A stretch of DNA of 20,000 nt from an uncultured virus (IMG/VR IMGVR_UViG_3300027963_000068) (IMGVR_UViG_3300027963_000068); one strand, 5' to 3'; counted from the stretch's first letter, positions 7,195-15,963 are shown. Program-made: numbers and translations. The notes: generated by a model not told the origin, from the sequence alone.

Positions 7195-8877
7195 ATGTCT
7201 AAGTTGTTTGGGTTCAAAATACAAGATACTGGAGTAGATAAGTCAAAAAAACTTGTTTCTCCAGTTCCTCCTAATGAAGAAGATAAATCTGATTATTACA
7301 TTCAAAGTGGTTTTTATGGGCAATATGTAGATATTGAAGGTGTTTATAAGAATGAACAAGATCTTGTAAAAAGATATCGTGAAATGGCTTTACACCCAGA
7401 ATGTGATAGTGCGATTGAAGATGTCGTAAATGAAGCTATTGTATCAGATTTGAATGATTCACCAGTAGAAATCGAACTTTCAAATCTTCCAGCATCAGAC
7501 AAATTAAAACAAATTATTCGTGATGAATTTAAATCCATTAAAGAAATTATGGATTTTGATAGAAAAGCACACGAAATTTTTAGAAATTGGTACGTAGATG
7601 GAAAGATTTTTTACCATAAAGTAATTGACTTAAAAAATCCTTCTGCTGGAATTCAAGAAATTAGATATATTGATCCAATTAAAATTCGTTTTATTCGTAA
7701 GGCAGAACAAACTGGACAAAATGCAAATTTTCCAGCATCATCAAGTAGAAGTAACGAACCAATAGATATTCATCAAGCACCAAAAATAGAAGAATATTAT
7801 CTTTATGATCCAAATTCTTCTATTGGATCAAGTGGATCAATCTCTTTTCGCAATGATGCAAAAAGTGTAAAAATTGCAAAAGATGCTATTACCTATGTAA
7901 CATCAGGTCTTGTAGATCGAAATAAGCAAACTATTTTATCTTATCTTCATAAATCAATTAAAGCACTCAATCAATTGAGAATGATTGAAGATAGCCTTGT
8001 GATTTATAGACTTTCTAGAGCACCAGAAAGAAGAATATTTTATATTGATGTCGGCAATCTTCCAAAAATTAAAGCAGAACAATATCTTCGTGATGTGATG
8101 AATCGTTATCGAAATAAGTTAGTTTATAATGCAGATACAGGAGAGATTAAAGATGATCGCAAATATATGGCTATGTTGGAAGATTTCTGGTTACCACGAA
8201 GAGAGGGTGGAAGAGGAACTGAAATTACTACACTTCCAGGCGGACAAAATCTTGGAGAACTTGCTGATATTGAATATTTTCAAAAGAAACTTTACAAATC
8301 GTTAAATGTACCTTCAAGTCGAATCGATGTTGGTGGTGGTGGTTTCAATCTTGGCCGTTCATCTGAAATTTTAAGAGATGAACTTAAATTTACTAGATTT
8401 GTAGGAAGACTTAGAAAAAGATTTTCAGAAGTCTTTAATGATATGCTAAAAACACAATTGATTTTGAAAAATATAGTTACACTACAAGATTGGGAAGTTT
8501 TGAGAGAGCATATTCAATATGATTATGTTTATGATAATCATTTTTCGGATCTAAAAGAAAATGAACTTCGCAATGATCAACTTGGGGTTGTTGCTGCAAT
8601 GGAACCTTATATTGGTAAATACTTTTCAGCACAATACATCAGATCAAAAGTATTAAAGCAATCTGATGGACAAATGAAAGAAATTGATGCTCAAATTCAA
8701 AAAGAAATTAAAGAAGGAATTATTCCAGATCCAAATCAACCAATTGACCCAACTACTGGAATGCCGATGCAATCTTCTCCCAACGAAATGAATTTAGGGC
8801 AACCAATAATGGAACCAGATTTAGAAAAACAAGGAAAAGCAGCAGAAATTGAAATGCCGAAAGGTGGAGAGATATAA
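7195..8877 (+). CDS. gp20: Portal vertex protein
   Basis: MSKLFGF start (ATG 7195 preferred over TTG 7192); YREMALHPECDSAI, NWYVDG, RAPERRIFYIDVGNLPK and EDFWLPRREGGRGTEITTLPGG motifs. Confidence 0.98.
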   Translation: MSKLFGFKIQDTGVDKSKKLVSPVPPNEEDKSDYYIQSGFYGQYVDIEGVYKNEQDLVKRYREMALHPECDSAIEDVVNEAIVSDLNDSPVEIELSNLPASDKLKQIIRDEFKSIKEIMDFDRKAHEIFRNWYVDGKIFYHKVIDLKNPSAGIQEIRYIDPIKIRFIRKAEQTGQNANFPASSSRSNEPIDIHQAPKIEEYYLYDPNSSIGSSGSISFRNDAKSVKIAKDAITYVTSGLVDRNKQTILSYLHKSIKALNQLRMIEDSLVIYRLSRAPERRIFYIDVGNLPKIKAEQYLRDVMNRYRNKLVYNADTGEIKDDRKYMAMLEDFWLPRREGGRGTEITTLPGGQNLGELADIEYFQKKLYKSLNVPSSRIDVGGGGFNLGRSSEILRDELKFTRFVGRLRKRFSEVFNDMLKTQLILKNIVTLQDWEVLREHIQYDYVYDNHFSDLKENELRNDQLGVVAAMEPYIGKYFSAQYIRSKVLKQSDGQMKEIDAQIQKEIKEGIIPDPNQPIDPTTGMPMQSSPNEMNLGQPIMEPDLEKQGKAAEIEMPKGGEI

Positions 8878-8880
8878 ATA
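8873..8880 (+). promoter_or_regulatory. T4 late promoter TATAAATA
   Basis: Exact consensus overlapping the gp20 stop codon, upstream of ORF 8909. Confidence 0.8.
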
Positions 8881-8908
8881 GTTCTTAGTTATTATACATT
8901 ATAAAAAT

Positions 8909-9112
8909 ATGGAAGATTTAGTAGATATGATTGTTACTGATGATTCCCCTTCACAAATTGCAGACAGAATTAAAGATATTCTGTTTGCAAAAAGTGCCGG
9001 AAGAGTAGAAGACGCAAAACCTTATGTTGCTTCTAGTCTTTTTGGTGAAGAGGATTCGGAGACATATGAAGAAGGTGATGACGAATACGAAGAAGATGAG
9101 GAAGAAGTCTAA
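8909..9112 (+). CDS. Small acidic conserved hypothetical protein, at the position of the T4 prohead core genes 67/68
   Basis: 67 aa between portal and protease, with a very acidic C-tail (EEGDDEYEEDEEEV); TAATG coupling to the next gene. Confidence 0.75.
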   Translation: MEDLVDMIVTDDSPSQIADRIKDILFAKSAGRVEDAKPYVASSLFGEEDSETYEEGDDEYEEDEEEV

Positions 9113-9633
9113 TGGCTTTTAGAATTGTACAAACAGTTAATGCTGTTAGTGTTTCTGCTGCAGCAACAACAACATCTAATGCAATTTCTCTTCAATCTGG
9201 ATATCTTCGTGTTTCTTGTGGGTCAACTGCTGCTTATATTCAGATTTCTGAAAATCCAGTAGCAACTGCAAATGATTTTATGATTGTTCCAAATAGTGCT
9301 GATGTTTTGAAACAAAGAGTTGCAAGACAAAGAATTTCAGGAATTACTACAGGAGCAACAACAGTTGTCGAATTTGGTGAAAATAACGGAAATCCATTTA
9401 TAGTGGGTGATTATGTAACAATCTCTGGTGGTTCTCCCGCTGGAGTAAATACATCACATACACAAGTTACTGCGTCAAATGCATCATCAATTACACTAGG
9501 TTGGAATAGTTCCACTGTAACTGGAATTGCAGTCACAAATGCAATTATATCTAGAAGTGTAAAAGTTTCTGTTTTTTCTCCCGCAGCAACAACTGTAAGT
9601 ATTGCAGAAGTCCAAACCGCATCAGTAACCTAA
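9112..9633 (+). CDS. Hypothetical beta-rich protein, probably virion-associated
   Basis: 173 aa, Ser/Thr/Ala/Val-rich, with a PFIVGDYVTISG beta motif; lies in the late head operon and is translationally coupled to the upstream ORF. Confidence 0.75.
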   Translation: MAFRIVQTVNAVSVSAAATTTSNAISLQSGYLRVSCGSTAAYIQISENPVATANDFMIVPNSADVLKQRVARQRISGITTGATTVVEFGENNGNPFIVGDYVTISGGSPAGVNTSHTQVTASNASSITLGWNSSTVTGIAVTNAIISRSVKVSVFSPAATTVSIAEVQTASVT

Positions 9634-9634
9634 A

Positions 9635-10285
9635 ATGAAACTCATCACAGAAGAAGTACAAAAAGTCAATTTCATCACTGAAGGAAGGGGTGCTTCCAAA
9701 AAAATGTTTATTGAAGGAACATTTCTTCAAGGTGGTGTTAAAAATCGTAACAATAGAGAATACCCAATCCATATTTTAGAACGTGAAGTGAACAGATATA
9801 ATGAAACATTTGTTCAAAAAGGTCGTGCTCTTGGTGAACTTGGGCATCCTGATGGACCAACTGTAAATTTGGATCGTGTTTCTCATATGATTACTTCACT
9901 TGTTCGTGAAGGAAATAATTTTAAGGGAAGAGCACAACTTTTATCTACACCAATGGGCAAAATTGCACAATCACTGATTGGCGAAGGTGTAACTCTTGGA
10001 GTTTCTTCTCGTGGTGTTGGTTCATTGCTCCAAACAAATGAAGGACATAAAATTGTTGGTGAAGACTTTATGCTTGCAACTGCTGCTGATCTTGTTGCTG
10101 ACCCATCTGCACCTGATGCATTTGTTCAGGGCATTATGGAAGGTAAGGAATGGTGTTGGGATGGTGGAATTCTAAAAGAACAGGCAGCAAAAAAAACATA
10201 CAAGAGAATCAATACTCTTGTAGATCAAAAAATTCTTGATGAACACAAAGTGAATTTATTTCAAGAATTTCTATCAAATCTTTAA
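9635..10285 (+). CDS. gp21: Prohead core protease
   Basis: MKLITEE start, NRNNREYP, catalytic GELGHP (His), GVSSRG (Ser) and DLVADPSAPDA. Confidence 0.97.
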   Translation: MKLITEEVQKVNFITEGRGASKKMFIEGTFLQGGVKNRNNREYPIHILEREVNRYNETFVQKGRALGELGHPDGPTVNLDRVSHMITSLVREGNNFKGRAQLLSTPMGKIAQSLIGEGVTLGVSSRGVGSLLQTNEGHKIVGEDFMLATAADLVADPSAPDAFVQGIMEGKEWCWDGGILKEQAAKKTYKRINTLVDQKILDEHKVNLFQEFLSNL

Positions 10286-10287
10286 AT

Positions 10288-10299
10288 TATAAATAAATA
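10288..10299 (+). promoter_or_regulatory. T4 late promoter TATAAATA with overlapping AATAAATA (gp22-gp23)
   Basis: TATAAATAAATA just after the gp21 stop; GGAG Shine-Dalgarno at 10321-10324 before ATG 10332. Confidence 0.85.
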
Positions 10300-10331
10300 T
10301 AGATTTAACATAGGTAAATCGGAGAGTTCAA

Positions 10332-11516
10332 ATGTCCCGTGGTAAAAACTTACAAGAAATGGAAACAGGCACAACCCAATCTCGCACTGCCGTAAATGCA
10401 AATGCAAAGGCAGCAGAACCAATGCAAAAGTTAAGTACAGGTATTGCTCCTGGTCAAACTGGTAATTGGGAAGACCTCGGTGGACCAACACCAGAGAATT
10501 ATCGTTCCGATGATGATTCTGCAAAACTCATCACTCCTACCGGAACACTTAAGTCCGTAAAGAATGTTGTGACTAAAGGTGCTAAATCTGCAGAAGCAAT
10601 GCAGAAAATGAAAGAAGCAATTGAAGCACTCGAAGAAGATGAAGAACTTCTAGAAGCCAAACATAAAAATGATGATGAAGAATCTGAAGATGAAGAATCT
10701 GAAGATGAAGAATCGGAAGGTGACGAATCTGAAGATGAAGATGATGACGAAGAAGAAGATAAAAAGAAAAAGAAAAAGAAAGTAGAAGAATCTATTAACA
10801 TTGAAGAAGATGTTGATGCTCTTCTTGCTGGTGAAGATCTCTCCGAAGAGTTTAGAGAGAAAGCAAAACTTATTTTTGAAACAGCAATTAATGCTAAAAT
10901 TTCAGAAATTTATGAATCATTAGAAGAGCATTATGAATCCAAACTTCTTGAAGAAGTTGATTCAATGAAAGGTCAACTTGTAGAAAGAGTCGATGCATAC
11001 CTTGAGTATGTTGCCGATGAATGGCTGCAAGAAAATGCTCTTATTGTAGAGCAAGGTCTCAAGACCGAGATGACCGAATCATTCCTACAAGGAATGAAAG
11101 GTCTTTTTGAAGATCATTATGTAACAATCCCTGACGATAAATATAATGTTCTTGAGAGTATGGTAGATAAACTTGATGAAATGGAGACAAAACTCAACGA
11201 GCAAATTGAAAGAAATGTTGCTCTAAATCAAAGATTAGCAGAGTCGGTTGCCGATGTTATTTTTTCTGATATCACTGAGGGTTTAGCGACTTCTCAGAAA
11301 GATAAACTCGCTTCTCTTGCTGAAAATGTTGAGTTTGATAGTGAAGCAAACTATCGTGAGAAACTAGTAACTTTAAAGGAATCTTATTTCCCAAGAAACA
11401 CTAGTGCTCAAAGAGATTATTCAGAGACATTATCTGAAGAAACAAATTACAATGAACCAGTTTCTGGTGTAATGGGATCGTATCTTCAGACTCTGAGCCG
11501 AGTTTCTAAAAAGTGA
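10332..11516 (+). CDS. gp22: Prohead core scaffolding protein
   Basis: Acidic coiled-coil protein between gp21 and gp23, with EDLGGPTPENY, LSEEFREKAKLIFE, VDAYLEYVADEW and KLVTLKESYF motifs. Confidence 0.95.
   Translation: MSRGKNLQEMETGTTQSRTAVNANAKAAEPMQKLSTGIAPGQTGNWEDLGGPTPENYRSDDDSAKLITPTGTLKSVKNVVTKGAKSAEAMQKMKEAIEALEEDEELLEAKHKNDDEESEDEESEDEESEGDESEDEDDDEEEDKKKKKKKVEESINIEEDVDALLAGEDLSEEFREKAKLIFETAINAKISEIYESLEEHYESKLLEEVDSMKGQLVERVDAYLEYVADEWLQENALIVEQGLKTEMTESFLQGMKGLFEDHYVTIPDDKYNVLESMVDKLDEMETKLNEQIERNVALNQRLAESVADVIFSDITEGLATSQKDKLASLAENVEFDSEANYREKLVTLKESYFPRNTSAQRDYSETLSEETNYNEPVSGVMGSYLQTLSRVSKK
10674..10742 (+). repeat. 15-bp coding tandem repeat (GATGAAGAATCTGAA), about 4.5 copies, encoding DEESE
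   Basis: Units at 10674, 10689, 10704 (1 mismatch), 10719 (2 mismatches) and a partial unit at 10734; followed by an AAAAAG-repeat poly-Lys run. Confidence 0.9.
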
Positions 11517-11564
11517 TTTTTAAATCATAAATCAAACTAACAATTTCCAAAAGAGGTAAAACAA

Positions 11565-12953
11565 ATGCAAATGTTCGATGGAGAACGTCTGCAGGAGAAG
11601 TGGGCACCACTACTTAATTATGAGGGTCTTGATTCAATCAAGGACTCACATCGCAGAATGGTAACCGCAGTCCTGTTAGAAAATCAAGAAAAGTTTTTAA
11701 GAGAGGAAAATCAATTCCTTTATGAAGCACCAACAATGGCCGCAGGGTCTGGTGGTTTCAGTGGTTCTTCTACTGCAACCGGTCCTGTAGCAGGTTTCGA
11801 TCCAGTTCTAATTAGCCTAATTCGTCGTTCTATGCCTAACTTGGTCGCTTATGACCTTGCTGGCGTACAACCAATGAATGGTCCTACTGGACTTATCTTC
11901 GCAATGCGTTCACGTTATACTAATCAATCGGGATCTGAAGCACTCTTCAACGAAGCAGATACTTCATTCTCCGGTCAAGATTCCGGTTTTGATGTTACTT
12001 CAGGTTTCACTGATGGCGCAGCTGGTTTCGGTACTACTTCAAACCCAGCAGGAACCAATCCTGGACTTTTGAATCCAGTTGGAACTGCTGCAACTAATAC
12101 CTATGCTACTGGTCAAGCAATGGGTACTGCTTCTGCTGAAGCACTTGGAGATGCAGCTGGTAACCAGTTCAATGAAATGGCTTTCTCAATCGAGAAAGTT
12201 ACTGTTACTGCAAAGTCACGCGCTCTGAAAGCCGAGTATTCACTTGAGCTTGCACAAGACCTCAAGGCAATTCACGGACTAAATGCTGAAGCGGAATTGG
12301 CAAACATTCTCTCCACTGAGATTCTTGCTGAAATTAACCGTGAAGTAATTCGTACCGTTTATAAAATTGCCGAGCAAGGTGCTGCTGTTAATACCGCTAC
12401 TGCTGGTATTTTCGACCTCGATGTGGATTCAAACGGACGTTGGTCCGTTGAGAAGTTCAAAGGTCTTTTATTCCAAATCGAGCGCGATGCAAACGCAATC
12501 GCACAAAGAACTCGTAGAGGAAAGGGTAATATGATTCTCTGCTCTGCTGACGTTGCTTCGGCACTCACAATGGCAGGTGTTCTTGATTATACCCCAGCAC
12601 TCAATGCAAACTTGAATGTTGATGATACCGGCAACACTTTTGCTGGTGTTCTTCAAGGCAAGTATCGTGTATATATTGACCCATATGCTGCTAACGTATC
12701 TGCTAATCAGTACTACGTTGTAGGATATAAAGGTTCTTCGCCTTATGATGCAGGACTCTTCTATTGTCCTTATGTGCCCCTCCAAATGGTTCGTGCCGTT
12801 GGTGAGAACACCTTCCAGCCAAAAATCGGGTTCAAGACTCGTTATGGTATGGTTGCTAATCCATTCGCTGAGGGTACTGCTCAGGGTTCTGGTCGTCTTC
12901 TTGCTAATGCAAACCGTTACTACCGTCGTGTGCGTGTAGACAATTTAATGTAA
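11565..12953 (+). CDS. gp23: Major capsid protein
   Basis: EKWAPLL, AVLLENQE, GVQPMNGPTGLIFAMR, KSRALKAEYSLELAQDLKAIHGL, YCPYVPL and FQPKIGFKTRYG motifs; strong RBS; codon usage skewed to TTC/AAC/CGT as in highly expressed genes. Confidence 0.99.
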   Translation: MQMFDGERLQEKWAPLLNYEGLDSIKDSHRRMVTAVLLENQEKFLREENQFLYEAPTMAAGSGGFSGSSTATGPVAGFDPVLISLIRRSMPNLVAYDLAGVQPMNGPTGLIFAMRSRYTNQSGSEALFNEADTSFSGQDSGFDVTSGFTDGAAGFGTTSNPAGTNPGLLNPVGTAATNTYATGQAMGTASAEALGDAAGNQFNEMAFSIEKVTVTAKSRALKAEYSLELAQDLKAIHGLNAEAELANILSTEILAEINREVIRTVYKIAEQGAAVNTATAGIFDLDVDSNGRWSVEKFKGLLFQIERDANAIAQRTRRGKGNMILCSADVASALTMAGVLDYTPALNANLNVDDTGNTFAGVLQGKYRVYIDPYAANVSANQYYVVGYKGSSPYDAGLFYCPYVPLQMVRAVGENTFQPKIGFKTRYGMVANPFAEGTAQGSGRLLANANRYYRRVRVDNLM

Positions 12954-12972
12954 GTCTTTCTTACATATATTC

Positions 12973-12999
12973 AAGGGTCCCAATTGGGGCCCTTTTTTT
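12973..12999 (+). terminator. Rho-independent terminator after gp23
   Basis: Stem AAGGGTCCC / GGGGCCCTT (one G-U pair), loop AATT, with a T7 tract at 12993-12999. Confidence 0.9.
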
Positions 13000-13000
13000 A

Positions 13001-13008
13001 TCTAAATA
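13001..13008 (+). promoter_or_regulatory. Late promoter variant TCTAAATA for gp3
   Basis: Immediately after the terminator and 9 nt before ATG 13018, implying a near-leaderless transcript. Confidence 0.65.
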
Positions 13009-13017
13009 CAAATAAAA

Positions 13018-13566
13018 ATGTCGCAATCACCTTGGGCAAAGCAAATATCAAATCGTAATTATCTATCTCCTGCTGGATTTAAATTTTCAATTACAAAAAT
13101 ACCAAAGGTTGATTTTTTTTCTAATTCTGCTCAAGTGCCTGGAATTAATCTTGGTGTTGCAATGCAACCAACATATCTTAAAGATATTCCGGTTCCAGGT
13201 GATAAATTAACTTATGATGATTTTTCTTTAGAATTTTTTGTAGATGAAAATTTAGAAAATTATCTTCAAGTACATAATTGGTTAAGAGGTCTTGGATATC
13301 CAAATAGTATTCAAGAATTTATAGATTTAAAAGCAGAAGATGAGTATTTTCCAAATACATCTGTAAAAAATTCATTTAATGAATATTCAGATGCAACATT
13401 AAAAATTTATAATAGCAACTTTAATCCAATTGTTGATATTCATTTTAAAGATATGTTTCCTGTAAGTTTATCTACGATTAAATTTGATTCAAAATCTACA
13501 GATATTAACTATGTTATAGCAGAGGTTAGTTTTAAGTATTCTATATATGACATAGTTGTTTTGTAG
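13018..13566 (+). CDS. gp3: Tail completion and sheath stabilizer protein
   Basis: NRNYLSPAGFKF, PGINLG, PGDKLTYDD, FFVDENLENY and FKDMFPVSLS motifs; usual position after gp23 in T4-like cyanophages. Confidence 0.9.
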   Translation: MSQSPWAKQISNRNYLSPAGFKFSITKIPKVDFFSNSAQVPGINLGVAMQPTYLKDIPVPGDKLTYDDFSLEFFVDENLENYLQVHNWLRGLGYPNSIQEFIDLKAEDEYFPNTSVKNSFNEYSDATLKIYNSNFNPIVDIHFKDMFPVSLSTIKFDSKSTDINYVIAEVSFKYSIYDIVVL

Positions 13567-13568
13567 TT

Positions 13569-13997
13569 ATGAATCTTGATGAAATACAATCATTATGGGA
13601 AGAAGATGCAAAGATAGATCCAGATAATTTGCACACAGAATCCATTAAAATACCTTCACTTCACGCAAAATATTATAAGATTTATAATAATATTCTTCTT
13701 CTAAAAAAACTAGAAGAAAATAAATTTAAGATAATTAAAAAAAATAAATGGATGTATTTTTCAGGAAAAGCAGAACCAGAAGTTTATAGAGAACATCCAT
13801 TTGATTATAAGGTATTAAGACAAGATATAGATAAGTATATGGATGCAGATGAAGAAATTTTAAAATCTATATCCAAAATAGAATATTATCAAACAATGTT
13901 AAATTATTTGGATAGTATTCTCAAAACAATATTAAATAGAACTTATCAAATCAAAAATAGTATTGAATTTCTTAAATTCACGGCAGGATATGACTGA
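13569..13997 (+). CDS. uvsY: Recombination mediator protein UvsY
   Basis: WEEDAKID, ESIKIPSLHAKY, YFSGKA and RTYQIKNSIEF motifs; upstream of uvsW. Confidence 0.92.
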   Translation: MNLDEIQSLWEEDAKIDPDNLHTESIKIPSLHAKYYKIYNNILLLKKLEENKFKIIKKNKWMYFSGKAEPEVYREHPFDYKVLRQDIDKYMDADEEILKSISKIEYYQTMLNYLDSILKTILNRTYQIKNSIEFLKFTAGYD

Positions 13998-15459
13998 TAT
14001 TATTATACAAAAGAAAAATGAAATATATCTAAAGGTCGAAGCAGATCCGCATATTCATCAAGAGTTATTTGATCATTTTACCTTTGATGTACCTGGGGCA
14101 AAATTTATGCCTCAATATCGTAGCAAACATTGGGATGGAAAAATAAGACTCTACAGTAATCATACTGGAGAAATTTATGTTGGTCTTTTAGATAAAATAT
14201 TATCTTGGGCAAAAAATGCTGAATATAATATTGAGTTTAAACATAATAAATTTTATGGAGACCCATTTGAAGAGAATTTGATGATTTCACACGAAGGTGT
14301 GACTGATTATATGAAAAAAATATCTAGACACGAACCAAGAGATTATCAAATTAATGCTGTTTATGATGCTTTAAAATACAATCGTAAGCTTTTGATTTCA
14401 CCAACTGCTTCTGGTAAATCTTTAATGATATATTCTATTGTAAGATATTTTACAGATAAGAATGAAAAAATACTTGTAGTAGTTCCTACTACATCATTAG
14501 TAGAACAGATGTATAAGGACTTTGAAGATTATGGTTGGAATGCCGAAGATTATTGCCATAAAATTTATTCTGGAAAAGAAAAAGATACAAATAAAAACGT
14601 AATCATCACAACCTGGCAATCCGTTTATAATCTTCCTAGAAAATTCTTTGATGATTTTGGTGTAGTGATTGGCGATGAAGCACACCTATTCAAGTCAAAA
14701 TCGCTTGTAGGGATTATGACGAAATTGGATAATACGAAATATCGTTATGGATTTACAGGCACCTTAGATGGGTCACAAACGCATAAGTGGGTGCTTGAAG
14801 GATTGTTTGGCCCTTCTTATAAAGTCACACAAACAAAAGAACTGATTGATAAAGGCCATTTATCTAAACTAGATATTAAAGTTCTTCTTTTAAAACACGA
14901 TCAACATAAATTTAATGAATATGAAGAAGAAATACAATATTTAATTACTCACGAAAAAAGAAATAACTTTATTAAAAATCTTGTTTTAGATTTAAATGGA
15001 AATAGTTTAGTTCTTTTTAATCGTGTAGAAAGTCACGGACAACCACTTTATGAACTTATAAATAATTCAGCATCAAAAGATAGAAAAGTATTTTTTGTCT
15101 ATGGTGGGGTAGATGTAGAAGAAAGAGAAAAGGTAAGAGAAATTACTGAAAAAGAAAAAGACGCAATTATTGTTGCATCATATGGTACATTTTCTACTGG
15201 CATTAACATTAAAAATCTTCATAATGTAATCTTTGCTTCACCATCAAAATCAAGAATAAGAAATCTTCAAAGTATTGGAAGAGTTCTTCGTAAAGGAGAT
15301 AACAAATCACAAGCAGTATTATATGATATTGCAGACGATTGTACTTATAAATCAAAAAAAAATTATACATTAAATCATTTGATTGAAAGAATTAAGATTT
15401 ATAATGAAGAAAAATTCAATTACGAAATTATACAAATAGAATTTAAGGAAAAAAAGTAA
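13990..15459 (+). CDS. uvsW: SF2 DNA helicase UvsW
   Basis: WDGKIRL, PRDYQ, PTASGKS, DEAH, TGT and QSIGRVLR motifs; likely start ATG 13990 overlapping the uvsY stop (ATGACTGA). Confidence 0.97.
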   Translation: MTDIIIQKKNEIYLKVEADPHIHQELFDHFTFDVPGAKFMPQYRSKHWDGKIRLYSNHTGEIYVGLLDKILSWAKNAEYNIEFKHNKFYGDPFEENLMISHEGVTDYMKKISRHEPRDYQINAVYDALKYNRKLLISPTASGKSLMIYSIVRYFTDKNEKILVVVPTTSLVEQMYKDFEDYGWNAEDYCHKIYSGKEKDTNKNVIITTWQSVYNLPRKFFDDFGVVIGDEAHLFKSKSLVGIMTKLDNTKYRYGFTGTLDGSQTHKWVLEGLFGPSYKVTQTKELIDKGHLSKLDIKVLLLKHDQHKFNEYEEEIQYLITHEKRNNFIKNLVLDLNGNSLVLFNRVESHGQPLYELINNSASKDRKVFFVYGGVDVEEREKVREITEKEKDAIIVASYGTFSTGINIKNLHNVIFASPSKSRIRNLQSIGRVLRKGDNKSQAVLYDIADDCTYKSKKNYTLNHLIERIKIYNEEKFNYEIIQIEFKEKK

Positions 15460-15860
15460 TGTACGAAGAAGAATTTTATGCAGCAATCAAGATGGTATCA
15501 GGTGAAGAAGTATTTTCTAAAGTATGTCCTTGTGAAGAAAAAGATAGAATTATTTTAATTCTTGATAATCCAGTTTTAATGGAAACTATCACAATCCGTC
15601 AGCTTGGAATGACAGCACTTAAAGTTATTCCTTGGATGAAACTTACTGATGATACAATGTTTATTGTAGAAATGAATAGAATAATCACAATGACAGAAGT
15701 AAATGATAGTTCTATTATTAAAGTATATCAAAAATATATTAGAGAAAGAAATAAAATATCTAGCAAATCACAACTAAGTTCAAATATGGGTTTCATTTCT
15801 TCAATTGCTGATGCTAGAGTATCCTTAGAAAAGCTTTATAAATCTAATAGTAAAACTTAG
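15459..15860 (+). CDS. Conserved hypothetical protein, probable Sm/LSm-like fold
   Basis: IKMVSGEEVF...LDNPV...PWMKLTDDTMFIVEMNRIITMT matches the pattern I recall for cyanophage Sm-like proteins (RLVTGEDII...PW...DD...VITIT); TAATG coupling to uvsW. Confidence 0.65.
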   Translation: MYEEEFYAAIKMVSGEEVFSKVCPCEEKDRIILILDNPVLMETITIRQLGMTALKVIPWMKLTDDTMFIVEMNRIITMTEVNDSSIIKVYQKYIRERNKISSKSQLSSNMGFISSIADARVSLEKLYKSNSKT

Positions 15861-15890
15861 ATACACCCATTCTTCAAAACCCACAGAGTT

Positions 15891-15919
15891 ATTTTAGTTA
15901 GTTTGGGGAAAGTTGTCAA
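15891..15919 (-). promoter_or_regulatory. Sigma70-type promoter on the minus strand (antisense to the Sm-like gene and uvsW)
   Basis: Reverse complement reads TTGACA-ACTTTCCCCAAACTAAC-TAAAAT: perfect -35, 17-nt spacer, -10 with one mismatch. Confidence 0.7.
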
Positions 15920-15942
15920 GTTCTTGATTGTTATGTTATAAT
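15913..15942 (+). promoter_or_regulatory. Sigma70-type early/middle promoter for gp55-gp47-gp46
   Basis: TTGTCA (15913-15918), 18-nt spacer, TATAAT (15937-15942), with an extended -10 TG at 15934-15935. Confidence 0.75.
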
Positions 15943-15963
15943 AAGAACAAATCAAATTCAAAA

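Noticed and set aside
10499..10801. Minus-strand 100-aa poly-Ser/Phe ORF
   Set aside because: It is the mirror image of the GAA/GAT/AAG repeats in gp22, with no independent coding signal.
11136..11143. GATAAATA inside gp22 as an internal late promoter for gp23
   Set aside because: Explained by Asp-Lys-Tyr codons; the same string occurs in gp47 (LDKY). Not supportable without start-site data.
2369..12953. Introns, inteins or homing endonucleases in gp17, gp20 or gp23
   Set aside because: These genes are uninterrupted and of normal length, with no intein, HNH, GIY-YIG or LAGLIDADG motifs seen.
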